A stretch of DNA of 64,000 bases from an uncultured Candidatus Saccharibacteria bacterium (GCA_964648765.1 CAZYLF010000001.1:293797-357796); one strand, 5' to 3'; shown: positions 30,787 through 40,250, counted from the first letter of the stretch. Notes: generated from the sequence alone by a model not told the origin. Made by a program: numbers and translations.

Positions 30787-32585
30787 ATTTAAAAAATATC
30801 AGAAACTTTTCAATTATTGCTCACATTGATCACGGCAAGTCGACCTTAGCTGACCGCTTGCTTGAGATCACCGGCACAATTGAGAAACGCAAAATGATGG
30901 AACAAGTGCTTGATAGCATGGAGCTTGAGCGTGAGCGCGGTATCACTATTAAGATGCAACCGGTGCGGATGAATTGGAATTATAAGGGAGAGGACTACGT
31001 TTTAAATTTAATCGACACGCCGGGACACATCGATTTTTCTTACGAAGTTTCGCGCTCGCTTAAAGCGGTGGAGGGGGTGATCCTTTTGGTTGATGCTACA
31101 AAAGGTGTGCAGGCGCAAACGATGTCTGTGCTCTCGATGGCGCGCGAGGCAGACTTAAAAATTATACCGGTAATTAATAAAATCGATTTGCCCGTGGCGC
31201 GTACCGAAGAAGTGATTGAAGAAATTGTGGAACTTTTAAATTGTCGTCGCGAGGATATTCTTAAAATTTCGGCCAAAACGGGTATGGGAGTTGAGGATTT
31301 ACTTAAGCGGGTTATAGACGTGGTGCCACCACCACAAGTGGAAACTAGTGACCCAAAAGGTAAACGGGCGCTGGTCTTCGACTTTGAATATTCAACCCAT
31401 CAGGGGATTATTGTTTACGTGCGGGTGTTTGACGGCGAAATTAATCGTCACGATAAATTAACTTTTACTGCGGCCGGCGAAACCTTCAGCGTGCTCTCTG
31501 TTGGCACCTTCCGCCCCACTAAAACCGAGAGTGATAAATTGGTGGCGGGGGAGATTGGTTATTTAGTCACAGGGATTAAAGAGCAAAGTCGCGCTCGCGT
31601 GGGTGACACGATTAATAATCCTAACTTTCCTTTACCCGCTTTCCCTGGCTACACTGAGCCTCGCCCGATGGTGTGGGCCGCAATTTATCCTAATAGCCAA
31701 AATGACTTCACTGTGCTTAAGCAAGCCCTGCAGCGTTTGAGTCTTTCGGATTCCTCGCTTTCATTTTCTGAAGAAGCGGCAAGCTCGCTCGGCAGAGGAT
31801 TTATTTGTGGGTTCTTAGGTTTGCTCCATCTAGAAATTATTACCGAGAGATTGAAGCGCGAATTTAATTTGGAACTCACAGTGACCTCACCCTCAATTAG
31901 TTACCAGATAATTGATAAAGCGACAGGTAAAGAAGAAACGATTGCTTCACCTCATCTTTTCCCTGAAAATTTAAAACAAGAGACAATTCTTGAACCTTGG
32001 GCGGAGGCCAATATTATTACACCGACCGCATACCTTGAAGTAATTTTGAAAATGCTAAATTCGCACGAGGCTTTGCCAATGCTAACCACAACCTTAAGTC
32101 ATTCTCGCTCCTCACTGACCATCCAATTGCCACTTCGAGAATTAATGCGAAACTTTTTTAATGAACTCAAAAGTATCTCCTCGGGCTACGCTTCGCTCTC
32201 TTACCACTTAATTGGTTTGCGCGAGGCTGATGTGGCTAAACTCGAGATTTTAATTACGGAAGAATTGGAACCAGCGCTCACGAGGATTGTGTCGCGCAGT
32301 CGGCTTGCCAAAGATGCGGAAGATTTAGTGGAACGTTTGAAGGAACTTTTGCCACGGCAACTTTTTACAATTAAAATTCAGGCCCAAGCTCTTGGGAGGA
32401 TAATTGCTTCGCGCTCTATCTCAGCAATGAAAAAGGACGTTACCGATTATCTCTATGGTGGTGATATCACGCGTAAAATGAAGCTCAGAGAGAAGCAAAA
32501 GAAAGGCAAAAAGAAGATGCAAGCGCGGGCGTCAATGAAGATTCCTCACGATGTGTTTGTGAAGTTGCTTGGTTCTAAAGAATAG
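30783..32585 (+). CDS. lepA: Elongation factor 4 (LepA)
   Basis: 'IRNFSIIAHIDHGKSTLADRLL' G-domain and a LepA-specific C-terminus. 4-nt overlap with murJ. Confidence 0.95.
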   Translation: MNLKNIRNFSIIAHIDHGKSTLADRLLEITGTIEKRKMMEQVLDSMELERERGITIKMQPVRMNWNYKGEDYVLNLIDTPGHIDFSYEVSRSLKAVEGVILLVDATKGVQAQTMSVLSMAREADLKIIPVINKIDLPVARTEEVIEEIVELLNCRREDILKISAKTGMGVEDLLKRVIDVVPPPQVETSDPKGKRALVFDFEYSTHQGIIVYVRVFDGEINRHDKLTFTAAGETFSVLSVGTFRPTKTESDKLVAGEIGYLVTGIKEQSRARVGDTINNPNFPLPAFPGYTEPRPMVWAAIYPNSQNDFTVLKQALQRLSLSDSSLSFSEEAASSLGRGFICGFLGLLHLEIITERLKREFNLELTVTSPSISYQIIDKATGKEETIASPHLFPENLKQETILEPWAEANIITPTAYLEVILKMLNSHEALPMLTTTLSHSRSSLTIQLPLRELMRNFFNELKSISSGYASLSYHLIGLREADVAKLEILITEELEPALTRIVSRSRLAKDAEDLVERLKELLPRQLFTIKIQAQALGRIIASRSISAMKKDVTDYLYGGDITRKMKLREKQKKGKKKMQARASMKIPHDVFVKLLGSKE

Positions 32586-32654
32586 TTTTGGACTACTGAA
32601 GAAGGGGAAAAGCGTATAGCGCCAACATGCCAAGAATGGTGATTATGCTAGCGA

Positions 32655-33110
32655 TTGTCCATACAACTTGAAGCTTTCTTCGGTGTTTTTTCTCAATCAT
32701 GGGCAAAAATATTAATTTTGATATATTATAAGCTTATAATGCTCGACTTTCAACCTAAAAGCTACTGGCGACGTTTGATCCACTCTAAAGTGTTTTTATT
32801 GCCAATGGCCATTTTTACGGTAGTGTTACTTAACGCGGTGTTTGGTTTGTATAATAAAAGTCGTGTGGCAAATCAGGCTTTAGAGATGGCGAGGTTGGAA
32901 GAGGGGCGCTTGGAGGCTAGGGCGAGCTATCTTGAGGCGGCCATTGGTGAGCTTGAGACTGACCGAGGCGTGGAGAAGGTGATTAGAGAAAAATTTGGCA
33001 TGGTGCGCCCTGGCGAAAGAGTAATTAATTTGGTTGAGGCAAAAGAGGCTACAGCAACACCACTTACCTCATCTAAAAAATCATTTTGGCAGAGGTGGAT
33101 CAGTGATTAA
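32655..33110 (+). CDS. FtsB/DivIC-like septum formation initiator (the likely true start is the internal ATG near 32742)
   Basis: TM helix followed by a coiled coil and the motif 'EKVIREKFGMVRPGERVINL'. Confidence 0.5.
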   Translation: MSIQLEAFFGVFSQSWAKILILIYYKLIMLDFQPKSYWRRLIHSKVFLLPMAIFTVVLLNAVFGLYNKSRVANQALEMARLEEGRLEARASYLEAAIGELETDRGVEKVIREKFGMVRPGERVINLVEAKEATATPLTSSKKSFWQRWISD

Positions 33111-33123
33111 AATATAATTAACA

Positions 33124-33224
33124 AAAGCGGGTATAGTTCCCGCCTAAAGCCCTGAGGATCGGGCATTAAGGCGGGCCCGCCTCCAATGTCTTTACTAAGA
33201 CTTTGGGCGGGTAGTGGTAGAATT
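33124..33224 (+). repeat. Structured ~90-nt repeat, copy A. It ends in the tRNA-like 5' fragment GGCGGGTAGTGGTAGAAT.
   Basis: Shares AGTTCCCGCC(T/C)AAAG...GGCGGGCCCGCC...CTTTGGGCGGGTAGTGGTAGAAT with copy B at 33567-33655. Contains nested hairpins. Confidence 0.6.
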
Positions 33225-33232
33225 ATTCAAGA

Positions 33233-33505
33233 ATGTTCTATGTTTACATTTTATTGTGTGAAGACACGAAGCGGAAGCGGAGTAAATTTTATATTGGCTC
33301 GACTAGTAATTTAAAAGAAAGGTTGGAGCAACATCGCAAGAAGTCAACTCAAACCACAAAAAGTTTTGATAAGCTAGCCTTAATTTACTACGAGGCCAGC
33401 CTGAACAAAACTGACACAAGAAAGCGTGAAATTCAATTGAAAACAGGCTTTGGTCGTGGTTATATTAACAGGAGGTTGGAAGAGTATTTAAAGAAGCGAG
33501 ATTAG
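33233..33505 (+). CDS. GIY-YIG nuclease family protein (90 aa)
   Basis: 'FYVYILLCEDTKR...FYIGSTSNLKERLEQH' GIY-YIG core. The last 10 nt overlap the tRNA-Gly 5' end. Confidence 0.75.
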   Translation: MFYVYILLCEDTKRKRSKFYIGSTSNLKERLEQHRKKSTQTTKSFDKLALIYYEASLNKTDTRKREIQLKTGFGRGYINRRLEEYLKKRD

Positions 33506-33566
33506 TTTAGTGGTAGGACGATTGCTTCCCAAGCAATAGGCGGGAGTTCGATTCTCCCATCTCGCA
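33496..33566 (+). tRNA. tRNA-Gly(CCC)
   Basis: Acceptor GCGAGAT/ATCTCGC. Anticodon stem ATTGC/GCAAT with loop TTCCCAA. T-arm GGGAGTTCGATTCTCCC. Confidence 0.8.
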
Positions 33567-33655
33567 TTACGAGAGTTAGTTCCCGCCCAAAGGCTTTACA
33601 GCCATAGAGGCGGGCCCGCCAGAATGCGGAGCTTTCGGCGGGTAGTGGTAGAATG
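33567..33655 (+). repeat. Structured ~90-nt repeat, copy B
   Basis: See copy A. Confidence 0.6.
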
Positions 33656-33704
33656 GTTGCTTCCCAAGCAACAGACACGAGTTCGATTCTCGTATCCCGC
33701 ACCA
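33638..33704 (+). pseudogene. tRNA-Gly(CCC)-like sequence with truncated D-arm and bulged acceptor stem, probably a tRNA remnant
   Basis: GCGGGTA + 11 nt + GTTGC-TTCCCAA-GCAAC + T-arm CGAGTTCGATTCTCG + TATCCCGC-ACCA. Too short for a canonical D-arm. Confidence 0.4.
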
Positions 33705-33707
33705 TTT

Positions 33708-33989
33708 ATGTCTCAAGTATTTAAGAAAGTTAAAGAGGATTTTGATTGCGGGCATTGCGGGGCCAGCGTAATTGGGAGTGGATATACAAATCATTGCCCG
33801 AAATGTTTGTGGAGCAAGCACGTGGATATTAATCCAGGTGATAGGGCGGAGGAGTGTGGTGGGTTAATGAAGCCGGAAAAAGTAGAAATGGAGAAGGGGG
33901 AATTTGTGATTGTTCATAAATGTGAAAAATGTGGTAAGGTAAAGCGATGTCGCGCCTCGCGCGGTGATGAAATAGGTGTGCCGCTGTAG
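33708..33989 (+). CDS. RNHCP-domain zinc-ribbon protein
   Basis: 'CGHCGAS...YTNHCPKCLWSKHVD...CEKCGK'. The 3' end overlaps the following tRNA by 10 nt. Confidence 0.6.
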   Translation: MSQVFKKVKEDFDCGHCGASVIGSGYTNHCPKCLWSKHVDINPGDRAEECGGLMKPEKVEMEKGEFVIVHKCEKCGKVKRCRASRGDEIGVPL

Positions 33990-34050
33990 TTCAATGGATA
34001 GAACAGTCCCGTCCTAAGGGATAGATACAGGTTCGATTCCTGTTGGCGGC
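33980..34050 (+). tRNA. tRNA-Arg(CCT)
   Basis: Acceptor GCCGCTG/TGGCGGC with 2 GU pairs. Anticodon loop GTCCTAA. T-arm ACAGGTTCGATTCCTGT. Confidence 0.65.
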
Positions 34051-34116
34051 AAAAATTGGCGAGTCAGGCGAGTGGGCCATCTAGAAAAATATTTTGGAAA
34101 AGGATAAAATTGTTTT

Positions 34117-35880
34117 ATGAATAATCCGCTAACTTACCTTTTCCGAAAAATGTGGGGGTATTCTCAAGGAAATCGCAAAAATGTAATTTTTTATATTGTG
34201 TTGTCAATTTTTGCAACACTGCTTTTGGCTTTTGAACCTTTAATTGTTGGGTTGTTCTTAAATACCATTCAAACCGAAGGTGTAACTAGAGAAGTTCTAC
34301 CCCACCTAATTTCAATTTTGAGCCTATTGTTTTTCCTTGAACTTGGTTTTTGGTCAACGCATGGACCATCACGAGTGATGGAAACTCGCAATGCATTTTT
34401 TGTTCGAAGAAACTATAAAAACTATCTTTTGGAAGGAACAATGGCTTTGCCGATAGAGTGGCATACCAACCATCATTCTGGGGATACTATTGATAAAATT
34501 GAGAAAGGAACAACAGCATTATTCAACTTTTCCGAGAGAACCTTTGAAATAATTCAGGGTGTTATCAGTTTAACTACTGCCTTTGTGGCCATGTTTGTTT
34601 TTGACCTGATTTCAGGTAGCGCGGCTTTAATAATTAGTCTTTTTACTTTTTATATTTTAACGCTATTTGATAAAAAACTCATTCCTGGATACAGAATAGT
34701 GAATCAGGTAGAGAATAGTATATCGGCCAAAATTTTTGATGCTCTAAGTAATGTAACAACAGTTATTATTCTTCGGGTAGAAGATCTGGTACTGAAATCA
34801 ATTGACACCTTTATTAAAAAACCACTTGATAGATTTCATTTGAATAATAAAATTAACGAATGTAAATGGTTCTCCGCTTCTTTGTTTGGGCGTATTGCGG
34901 TTATTGCTGTTGTGGGTATCTATCTTTTTTCCAAGGTTTCTTCAGGGGTAATTCTTGTGGGGACCGTATATATACTGTATGGATACGCGAATCAAATTCG
35001 TGATACTTTTTTTAAGTTTGCTTATTTATATAATGATATCGTTCGTTATAGGTCTTCGGTGAGTAATACAGAAGAACTTTCAAAAGATTTTCGACAAACA
35101 ATCCTAGTGGGTAAAAATCATCTACCTAATGAGTGGCAATCGCTTGAGATTGAGAAATTGTCCTTTTCTTATCATTCAGAAGAAGGGGCAGATCTCCATT
35201 TAGATAACGTTTCTATAAAAATTAAAAAAGGAGAGAGAATTGCCCTTATTGGAGAAAGTGGAGGTGGAAAAAGCACTTTTCTTAGAATTTTGCGAGATCT
35301 ATATCATCCCAAGTCACTTAGTCTTTCTGTAAACGGCGAACAAACATCAAAGGGTTTTGCATCAATTAGTGAGTCCATTTCCTTAATCCCCCAAGACCCA
35401 GAAATATTTGCGACGACCATAAGGGAAAACATTACATTGGGAGTTGAGTATAAAGATGAGCACATCCAAGTCTTTACAGATATGGCATGTATGACCCAAG
35501 TTATTGATCGTTTACCAAAAAAACTCGAATCTTCAATCGTGGAGAAGGGCGTTAATTTGAGCGGCGGAGAAAAGCAACGCCTCGCACTCTCCAGAGGACT
35601 TTTGGCTTCAGTCGACAAAGATATAATCCTTATGGATGAGCCAACAAGCAGTGTCGACTTTCAAAACGAGCTAGAGATTTTTAAGAATATTTTTCAAGCA
35701 TTTCCAAAACAGACAATTATTGCCTCAGTTCACAGACTTCACCTTTTGTCTCTTTTTGACTCAGTTTATTTTTTTGAAAATGGAAAAATAATTGCTTCTG
35801 GAACATTTGAAGAATTAAAAGAATCTTCATTGGAATTCCAAAAACTTTGGAAAAAATATATTGAAACTCGGGATGCATAG
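34117..35880 (+). CDS. ABC exporter, fused permease and ATPase (MsbA-like)
   Basis: 6 N-terminal TM helices. Walker A 'GESGGGKST', signature 'LSGGEKQRLALSRGL', Walker B 'ILMDEPTSS'. Confidence 0.85.
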   Translation: MNNPLTYLFRKMWGYSQGNRKNVIFYIVLSIFATLLLAFEPLIVGLFLNTIQTEGVTREVLPHLISILSLLFFLELGFWSTHGPSRVMETRNAFFVRRNYKNYLLEGTMALPIEWHTNHHSGDTIDKIEKGTTALFNFSERTFEIIQGVISLTTAFVAMFVFDLISGSAALIISLFTFYILTLFDKKLIPGYRIVNQVENSISAKIFDALSNVTTVIILRVEDLVLKSIDTFIKKPLDRFHLNNKINECKWFSASLFGRIAVIAVVGIYLFSKVSSGVILVGTVYILYGYANQIRDTFFKFAYLYNDIVRYRSSVSNTEELSKDFRQTILVGKNHLPNEWQSLEIEKLSFSYHSEEGADLHLDNVSIKIKKGERIALIGESGGGKSTFLRILRDLYHPKSLSLSVNGEQTSKGFASISESISLIPQDPEIFATTIRENITLGVEYKDEHIQVFTDMACMTQVIDRLPKKLESSIVEKGVNLSGGEKQRLALSRGLLASVDKDIILMDEPTSSVDFQNELEIFKNIFQAFPKQTIIASVHRLHLLSLFDSVYFFENGKIIASGTFEELKESSLEFQKLWKKYIETRDA

Positions 35881-36186
35881 TTGGTGGCAAAAGATCGTGA
35901 TATAATATTTGCTATGTATGGTGATGATCACAAACTCCTTGAAAGGTTGGTGGAATTAGCTGAAGACAACAACCGAATATTGCATCAGATGCGTCGGGCT
36001 AATCGTTGGGGGCACTTCTTTACTTTTATCAAATGGCTGGTTATTATTGCTTTGTCGCTCGGTAGCTACTATTATCTTGAGCCTTATCTTGAGGCGATAA
36101 TGGACTTTTACCAAAATGTGGTCCCTAGCATCACTGAGTCGACAAAAAATCTCGAATTTTTAGGTAAATTAAACATCGGCAGTTAA
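35881..36186 (+). CDS. Hypothetical small membrane protein
   Basis: TTG/ATG start adjacent to the ABC gene. One TM helix. Confidence 0.35.
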   Translation: MVAKDRDIIFAMYGDDHKLLERLVELAEDNNRILHQMRRANRWGHFFTFIKWLVIIALSLGSYYYLEPYLEAIMDFYQNVVPSITESTKNLEFLGKLNIGS

Positions 36187-36212
36187 AAACCGATATCCTC
36201 TATTTTGATTAT

Positions 36213-36285
36213 GCCGAGGTAGCTCAGTTGGTAGAGCGTCCGCCTGAAGAGCGGTAGGTCGCCGGTTCGATCCCGGCCCTCGGCA
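36213..36285 (+). tRNA. tRNA-Phe(GAA)
   Basis: GCCGAGGTAGCTCAGTTGGTAGAGC... with anticodon loop CTGAAGA and T-arm GCCGGTTCGATCCCGGC. Confidence 0.85.
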
Positions 36286-36304
36286 CATTTTGTTAGATAG
36301 TACA

Positions 36305-36877
36305 CTATTTAAGTAGATACAAAACTCGGAGTTTTTCTAAACCTCGGTGAGCTTGCACGGCGATGGTGTTTTTGGTTTGACCGAGTATGAGAGACATATC
36401 TTTTAAAGACAAATCCTGTATATAGCGCATGCGCATTACTCGTTGATATTTAAGTGGTAAGAGTTTAATTAAACCAAGCGCAGTTTTGCCATCAATGGTG
36501 TTTAGTAATTTTTCAGTGTAATCCTTGCCCGTAGGTTCAAAGCCTTTTTCCATTAAACCGTCTAATGAGAGAGTTTTGTGTTTGCGATATTCGTCTACAA
36601 TTAGATTATTTAAAATGTGATACAAAAATGATTTCATTACATCTACCTTACCGCCGGCCACTAAGTACTTCCAAGTTTTGAGGAAGGTATTTTGCACTAA
36701 TTCATCAGAAATTGAGCGATCGCTAACCTTAAAAAAAGCGTGACGATTAAGCCCTTTTTGAAAATCGAAGTGGGCAGAATTTATGTCCTCTCTGTTTTGA
36801 TTATCTTGTTCGGGTGTCATTACATATTGGTGCCGTAATAGAGGGGAATGCGTTACAAGAGTATTACAAGTTGCCAT
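36305..36877 (-). CDS. Sigma-70 family (ECF-like) RNA polymerase sigma factor
   Basis: Region 2 'FLKTWKYLVAGG...LYHILNNLIVDEYRKHK'. Region 4 HTH 'LPLKYQRVMRMRYIQDLSLKDMSLILGQTKNTIAVQAHRGLEKLR'. The likely start is the internal M (MTPEQ). Confidence 0.7.
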   Translation of the reverse strand: MATCNTLVTHSPLLRHQYVMTPEQDNQNREDINSAHFDFQKGLNRHAFFKVSDRSISDELVQNTFLKTWKYLVAGGKVDVMKSFLYHILNNLIVDEYRKHKTLSLDGLMEKGFEPTGKDYTEKLLNTIDGKTALGLIKLLPLKYQRVMRMRYIQDLSLKDMSLILGQTKNTIAVQAHRGLEKLRVLYLLK

Positions 36878-36949
36878 AATCTAAACTTAGCACGTATGTG
36901 TGCTTAGCACTAACTGTAATAGGTATATTGGCCCAGCGTCTAAGGAGGT

Positions 36950-37507
36950 ATGGAAACAATTAAAGACGATTTTTTTGAGAAATTGTGGGAGGAAAGCTGG
37001 ACGTATATTAAAACTGTGGTCGATGTGGTGCGTGAGCCAGTCTTGATTCTTAATCGAGATTTGGCGGTAGTAGCGGCTAATGAATCCTTCTATAGTACCT
37101 TTCAGGTAGAGCGCAAAGAGACAGAAAAAAAGATTGTTTATGAGCTTGGTAATGGGCAGTGGGATATTCCATCCTTACGCAAGTTGCTTGAAGATATTTT
37201 ACCAAAAAACTCGTTTTTTAAGGGTTTTGAGGTTATCCACGAATTTCCTCATATAGGGAAAAAAGTGATGATCTTAAACGCCCGTCAAATATACTTTAAG
37301 GAGAATGAGAAGAATAAAGTCTTTCCTCCTATCATTTTGCTTGCGATGGAGGATGTAACCGAGATGATTGCCATTGCCGAGAAGCTTGCTGGTCATGTGA
37401 ACCAGTTTGAGTCAAAGCTTATGGCCCGTACCCAGAGGCTAGAGAGGGGGATAGAGAGATTAGAGAACGAAATAACAGCATTAAAAAATAAAAATAAAAA
37501 TAAATAA
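36950..37507 (+). CDS. Hypothetical protein with C-terminal coiled coil
   Basis: ORF with RBS GGAGG. Confidence 0.45.
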   Translation: METIKDDFFEKLWEESWTYIKTVVDVVREPVLILNRDLAVVAANESFYSTFQVERKETEKKIVYELGNGQWDIPSLRKLLEDILPKNSFFKGFEVIHEFPHIGKKVMILNARQIYFKENEKNKVFPPIILLAMEDVTEMIAIAEKLAGHVNQFESKLMARTQRLERGIERLENEITALKNKNKNK

Positions 37508-37508
37508 T

Positions 37509-37760
37509 ATGGGTATAATTTTATGGATAATTTTTGGCGCTTTGGTGGGTTGGGTGGCATCTTTAATAATGAAAACAGACGGCGAGCAGGGGATAATCTT
37601 AAATGTAATAGTGGGAGTTATTGGTGCCGTGCTTGGCGGATGGCTTATGAGCTTAATTGGGAAGAGCGGTACGGGCGGGTTTAACCTTTATAGCTTTTTA
37701 GTGGCTTTGCTCGGAGCGTGTGTGCTAATTGCAGTTGTGAAGGCTTTGCGCAGAGGGTAA
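37509..37760 (+). CDS. GlsB/YeaQ/YmgE family stress-response membrane protein
   Basis: 'GIILWIIFGALVGWVASLIM...IVGVIGAVLGGWL'. Confidence 0.75.
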   Translation: MGIILWIIFGALVGWVASLIMKTDGEQGIILNVIVGVIGAVLGGWLMSLIGKSGTGGFNLYSFLVALLGACVLIAVVKALRRG

Positions 37761-37785
37761 AAACTAAAAAAAATTATCGTAAAAA

Positions 37786-37813
37786 ATCCCCCATCTCATA
37801 TGGGGGATTTTTG
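37786..37813. terminator. Bidirectional intrinsic terminator
   Basis: TCCCCCAT-CTCAT-ATGGGGGA followed by TTTTTG, preceded by an A-run. Confidence 0.7.
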
Positions 37814-38290
37814 TTATACCGATTTAACTTTAATTTTTTGGATCTTCTTTTTATCTATTTTGGTGAGACGGATGGTGAGAAGACCGGTTTTATCTGAAGT
37901 GGCATCAACTTCACCACTCTCAACCTCGCAGGGTAGTACGATGGTGCGTGAAAAGGCTCCCCAATATAGCTCGCGAATAAAATAATCATCGTCTCTGCCC
38001 TCATGCGTAGGCTGACGTTTGCCGGTGATTGAAACGGTTTCTCTATTGGCGTTGATTTCAATGTCTTCTCCCTTAACTCCGGCCACTAGAGCTTTAATCA
38101 CGATTTCAGTGGAGGTTTGGTACACATCTACAGCAAGTTCACCCACCTCAGCCTCCTCCTTTATCCAGTTATTATCGTCTTCTTCACTGACGCTGCTTTC
38201 TTCATGTTCGGGGGTGACGGATATTGGTTCATCATCAGAAAGAGAAATACCTCCGGTCAATCTTTCAAAAAACGATTTCTTTTTACTCAT
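37814..38290 (-). CDS. Hsp20/alpha-crystallin small heat-shock protein
   Basis: ACD core 'VDVYQTSTEIVIKALVAGVKGEDIEI...LPCEV...GLLTIRLTK'. Confidence 0.85.
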   Translation of the reverse strand: MSKKKSFFERLTGGISLSDDEPISVTPEHEESSVSEEDDNNWIKEEAEVGELAVDVYQTSTEIVIKALVAGVKGEDIEINANRETVSITGKRQPTHEGRDDDYFIRELYWGAFSRTIVLPCEVESGEVDATSDKTGLLTIRLTKIDKKKIQKIKVKSV

Positions 38291-38292
38291 GG

Positions 38293-39042
38293 TTATTTTG
38301 GTTGCCAGACTATAGCTTTAACTTTTTCAAACAATAAAATGATAAAGATTGTGGAGAGCCAGAGTAAACCGAAGATCTGTAGAATATTTTTACCTTCGTA
38401 TTTAATTATAAACAAGTTAAAGTTGCCGTGCAAGGCAATGGCGAGGATTAAGCCAGCTAAAATATACCAAACTCTTATATGGGGGCGTTTATAAAATCCG
38501 AGCGCTATGGCGCCACCAAGCGTGGCTGAGGCCACTACGTGGAGTAAGGTGGCACCAAGGAAGCGGAGATTGCCTGTGAGGAGGAAGGTACCAAGTTCTT
38601 GAGTTGGGTAAATCGTGTCGAAGAGGAAAAAGATGTTCTCAAGCGCGGCAAAGCCAAGTGCGGCGGTGATCATGTAGATCATCGCATCAATTGGCTCATC
38701 AAATGCTTTATTATAAAAAATTGAGAAGTAAATAACTGCGAGTTTGATAGATTCTTCAACCACTGGAGCAATAACAATGCCAAGGGCCCCGCGGTCACTT
38801 AGGCCGAAGATATTTAAACCAATGAGCGATAGGTTACGAAAGGTGGAAAATAATTCTCGTTCTAAAAAGTAGGCCACGATTACGCCGAGTGAGCCTAAAA
38901 AAAATGTGCGAACTAAAAGTAATTTTGGCTCTGGATGATCATTGTCTTCTCTAAGCCAAAACCAAAGCCAAATTAATGCAGGCAACACTCCGCCCAAAAG
39001 CGTTAAGTTTAATGTCTCGATCGCCGTATTCCAATCGATCAC
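38293..39042 (-). CDS. PrsW-family intramembrane protease
   Basis: 'VVEESIKL' and 'FAALENIFF' motifs in a multi-TM protein. Confidence 0.65.
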   Translation of the reverse strand: MIDWNTAIETLNLTLLGGVLPALIWLWFWLREDNDHPEPKLLLVRTFFLGSLGVIVAYFLERELFSTFRNLSLIGLNIFGLSDRGALGIVIAPVVEESIKLAVIYFSIFYNKAFDEPIDAMIYMITAALGFAALENIFFLFDTIYPTQELGTFLLTGNLRFLGATLLHVVASATLGGAIALGFYKRPHIRVWYILAGLILAIALHGNFNLFIIKYEGKNILQIFGLLWLSTIFIILLFEKVKAIVWQPK

Positions 39043-39057
39043 GTTGCATTAATTTTA

Positions 39058-40230
39058 TCATAAACTTAAATTTCCATCAGCTTTGAAGTTTTTGGGCAGG
39101 CGGGTTTTGGTTTGGAGGTGGAGATAAGCGGCGGCGGCGATCATTGTGGCGTTGTCGGTAGAAAGTTCGCGAGTGGAGATTAATAAGTTAATGTCCGGAA
39201 ATTCGTTTTTAATCATTTCAGATGCCTGACGACCGAGTTCTTGATTGGCGGCCACGCCACCGGCGATGATTAGAGTTTTAGGTTTAAATTTGACAATCGC
39301 TTTGGCGGTTTTCTTAATCAAAACTTCCACGGCGGCTTGTTCAAACTCGTAAGCCATCATAATTTTCTCTTCATCAGTTAAAACGCCATCAGAATTGGCT
39401 GCTTTCAATTTATTTACTGCGTAAAGCACGGCAGTTTTAAGACCAGAATAAGAGAAGTTGAAATCCCCAGAGTGGAGCATGGGTCTCGGTAATTTAATTT
39501 CAGAAGTACCTTTAAAACTTTTTGCCAATTTAGAAATTTCTGGTCCGCCAGGGTAGGGGAGATCGAGCAGGCGTGCCGCTTTGTCGAAAGCCTCACCCAC
39601 CGCGTCATCTAAAGTTTGACCAATAATTTTATGTTTCAGCCAATCTTTAATTAGCACTAGTTCGGTGTGACCGCCAGACACGAGTAAAGCAAGAGCGGGG
39701 AATGTTAACCTCCTGCCATCTATAAGCACGGAATATATATGCCCCTCCATGTGGTTGATGGGGATGAGGGGTTTACCCCACGCCAATGCCAAAGCTTTTG
39801 CAAAATTAATGCCCACCCACAGCGCGGGCTCAAGCCCCGGTCCACGTGTCACAGCGACAGCATCAATCTTTGGCACACCGTTACTTTTTATAAATTCCAA
39901 AAACGGCGCAATTAATTCTGTTTCTCTTTCTAAAATTTTTTTAATTTTGGATTCAGGGATATTTTTTGACCCGCTTGACTGTCGGGCAGGCTTACCGCTT
40001 TTTACTTTGGACTTTTCAATTGCTTCCTTCAACACTGGCACCAAATTTATCTGATGCTCTCTGCGGGCTAAATTTGGCACCACGCCGCCCCATTTGGCAT
40101 GGAGTTCAATCTGTGAGGCCACCACATGCGAGAGCACATTAAAAACGGGTTTTCGGGCACCCTTGCAGTCCACTATACTTATCGCTGTTTCATCACAGCT
40201 CGTCTCAATTGCGAGAATTTTCATGTTCAC
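39058..40230 (-). CDS. tsaD: tRNA N6-adenosine threonylcarbamoyltransferase TsaD (with a ~50-aa insertion)
   Basis: 'KILAIETSCDETAISIV' and the Kae1/TsaD HxxH body. Confidence 0.9.
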   Translation of the reverse strand: MNMKILAIETSCDETAISIVDCKGARKPVFNVLSHVVASQIELHAKWGGVVPNLARREHQINLVPVLKEAIEKSKVKSGKPARQSSGSKNIPESKIKKILERETELIAPFLEFIKSNGVPKIDAVAVTRGPGLEPALWVGINFAKALALAWGKPLIPINHMEGHIYSVLIDGRRLTFPALALLVSGGHTELVLIKDWLKHKIIGQTLDDAVGEAFDKAARLLDLPYPGGPEISKLAKSFKGTSEIKLPRPMLHSGDFNFSYSGLKTAVLYAVNKLKAANSDGVLTDEEKIMMAYEFEQAAVEVLIKKTAKAIVKFKPKTLIIAGGVAANQELGRQASEMIKNEFPDINLLISTRELSTDNATMIAAAAYLHLQTKTRLPKNFKADGNLSL

Positions 40231-40250
40231 AAACTAGCACATTATTTCGG

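Noticed and set aside
33502-33989. ORFs 33502..33705(-), 33576..33821(-), and the upstream part of 33624..33989(+)
   Set aside because: They span tRNA genes or the structured repeat. The real CDS in 33624..33989 starts at the ATG at 33708, after the tRNA-like sequence.
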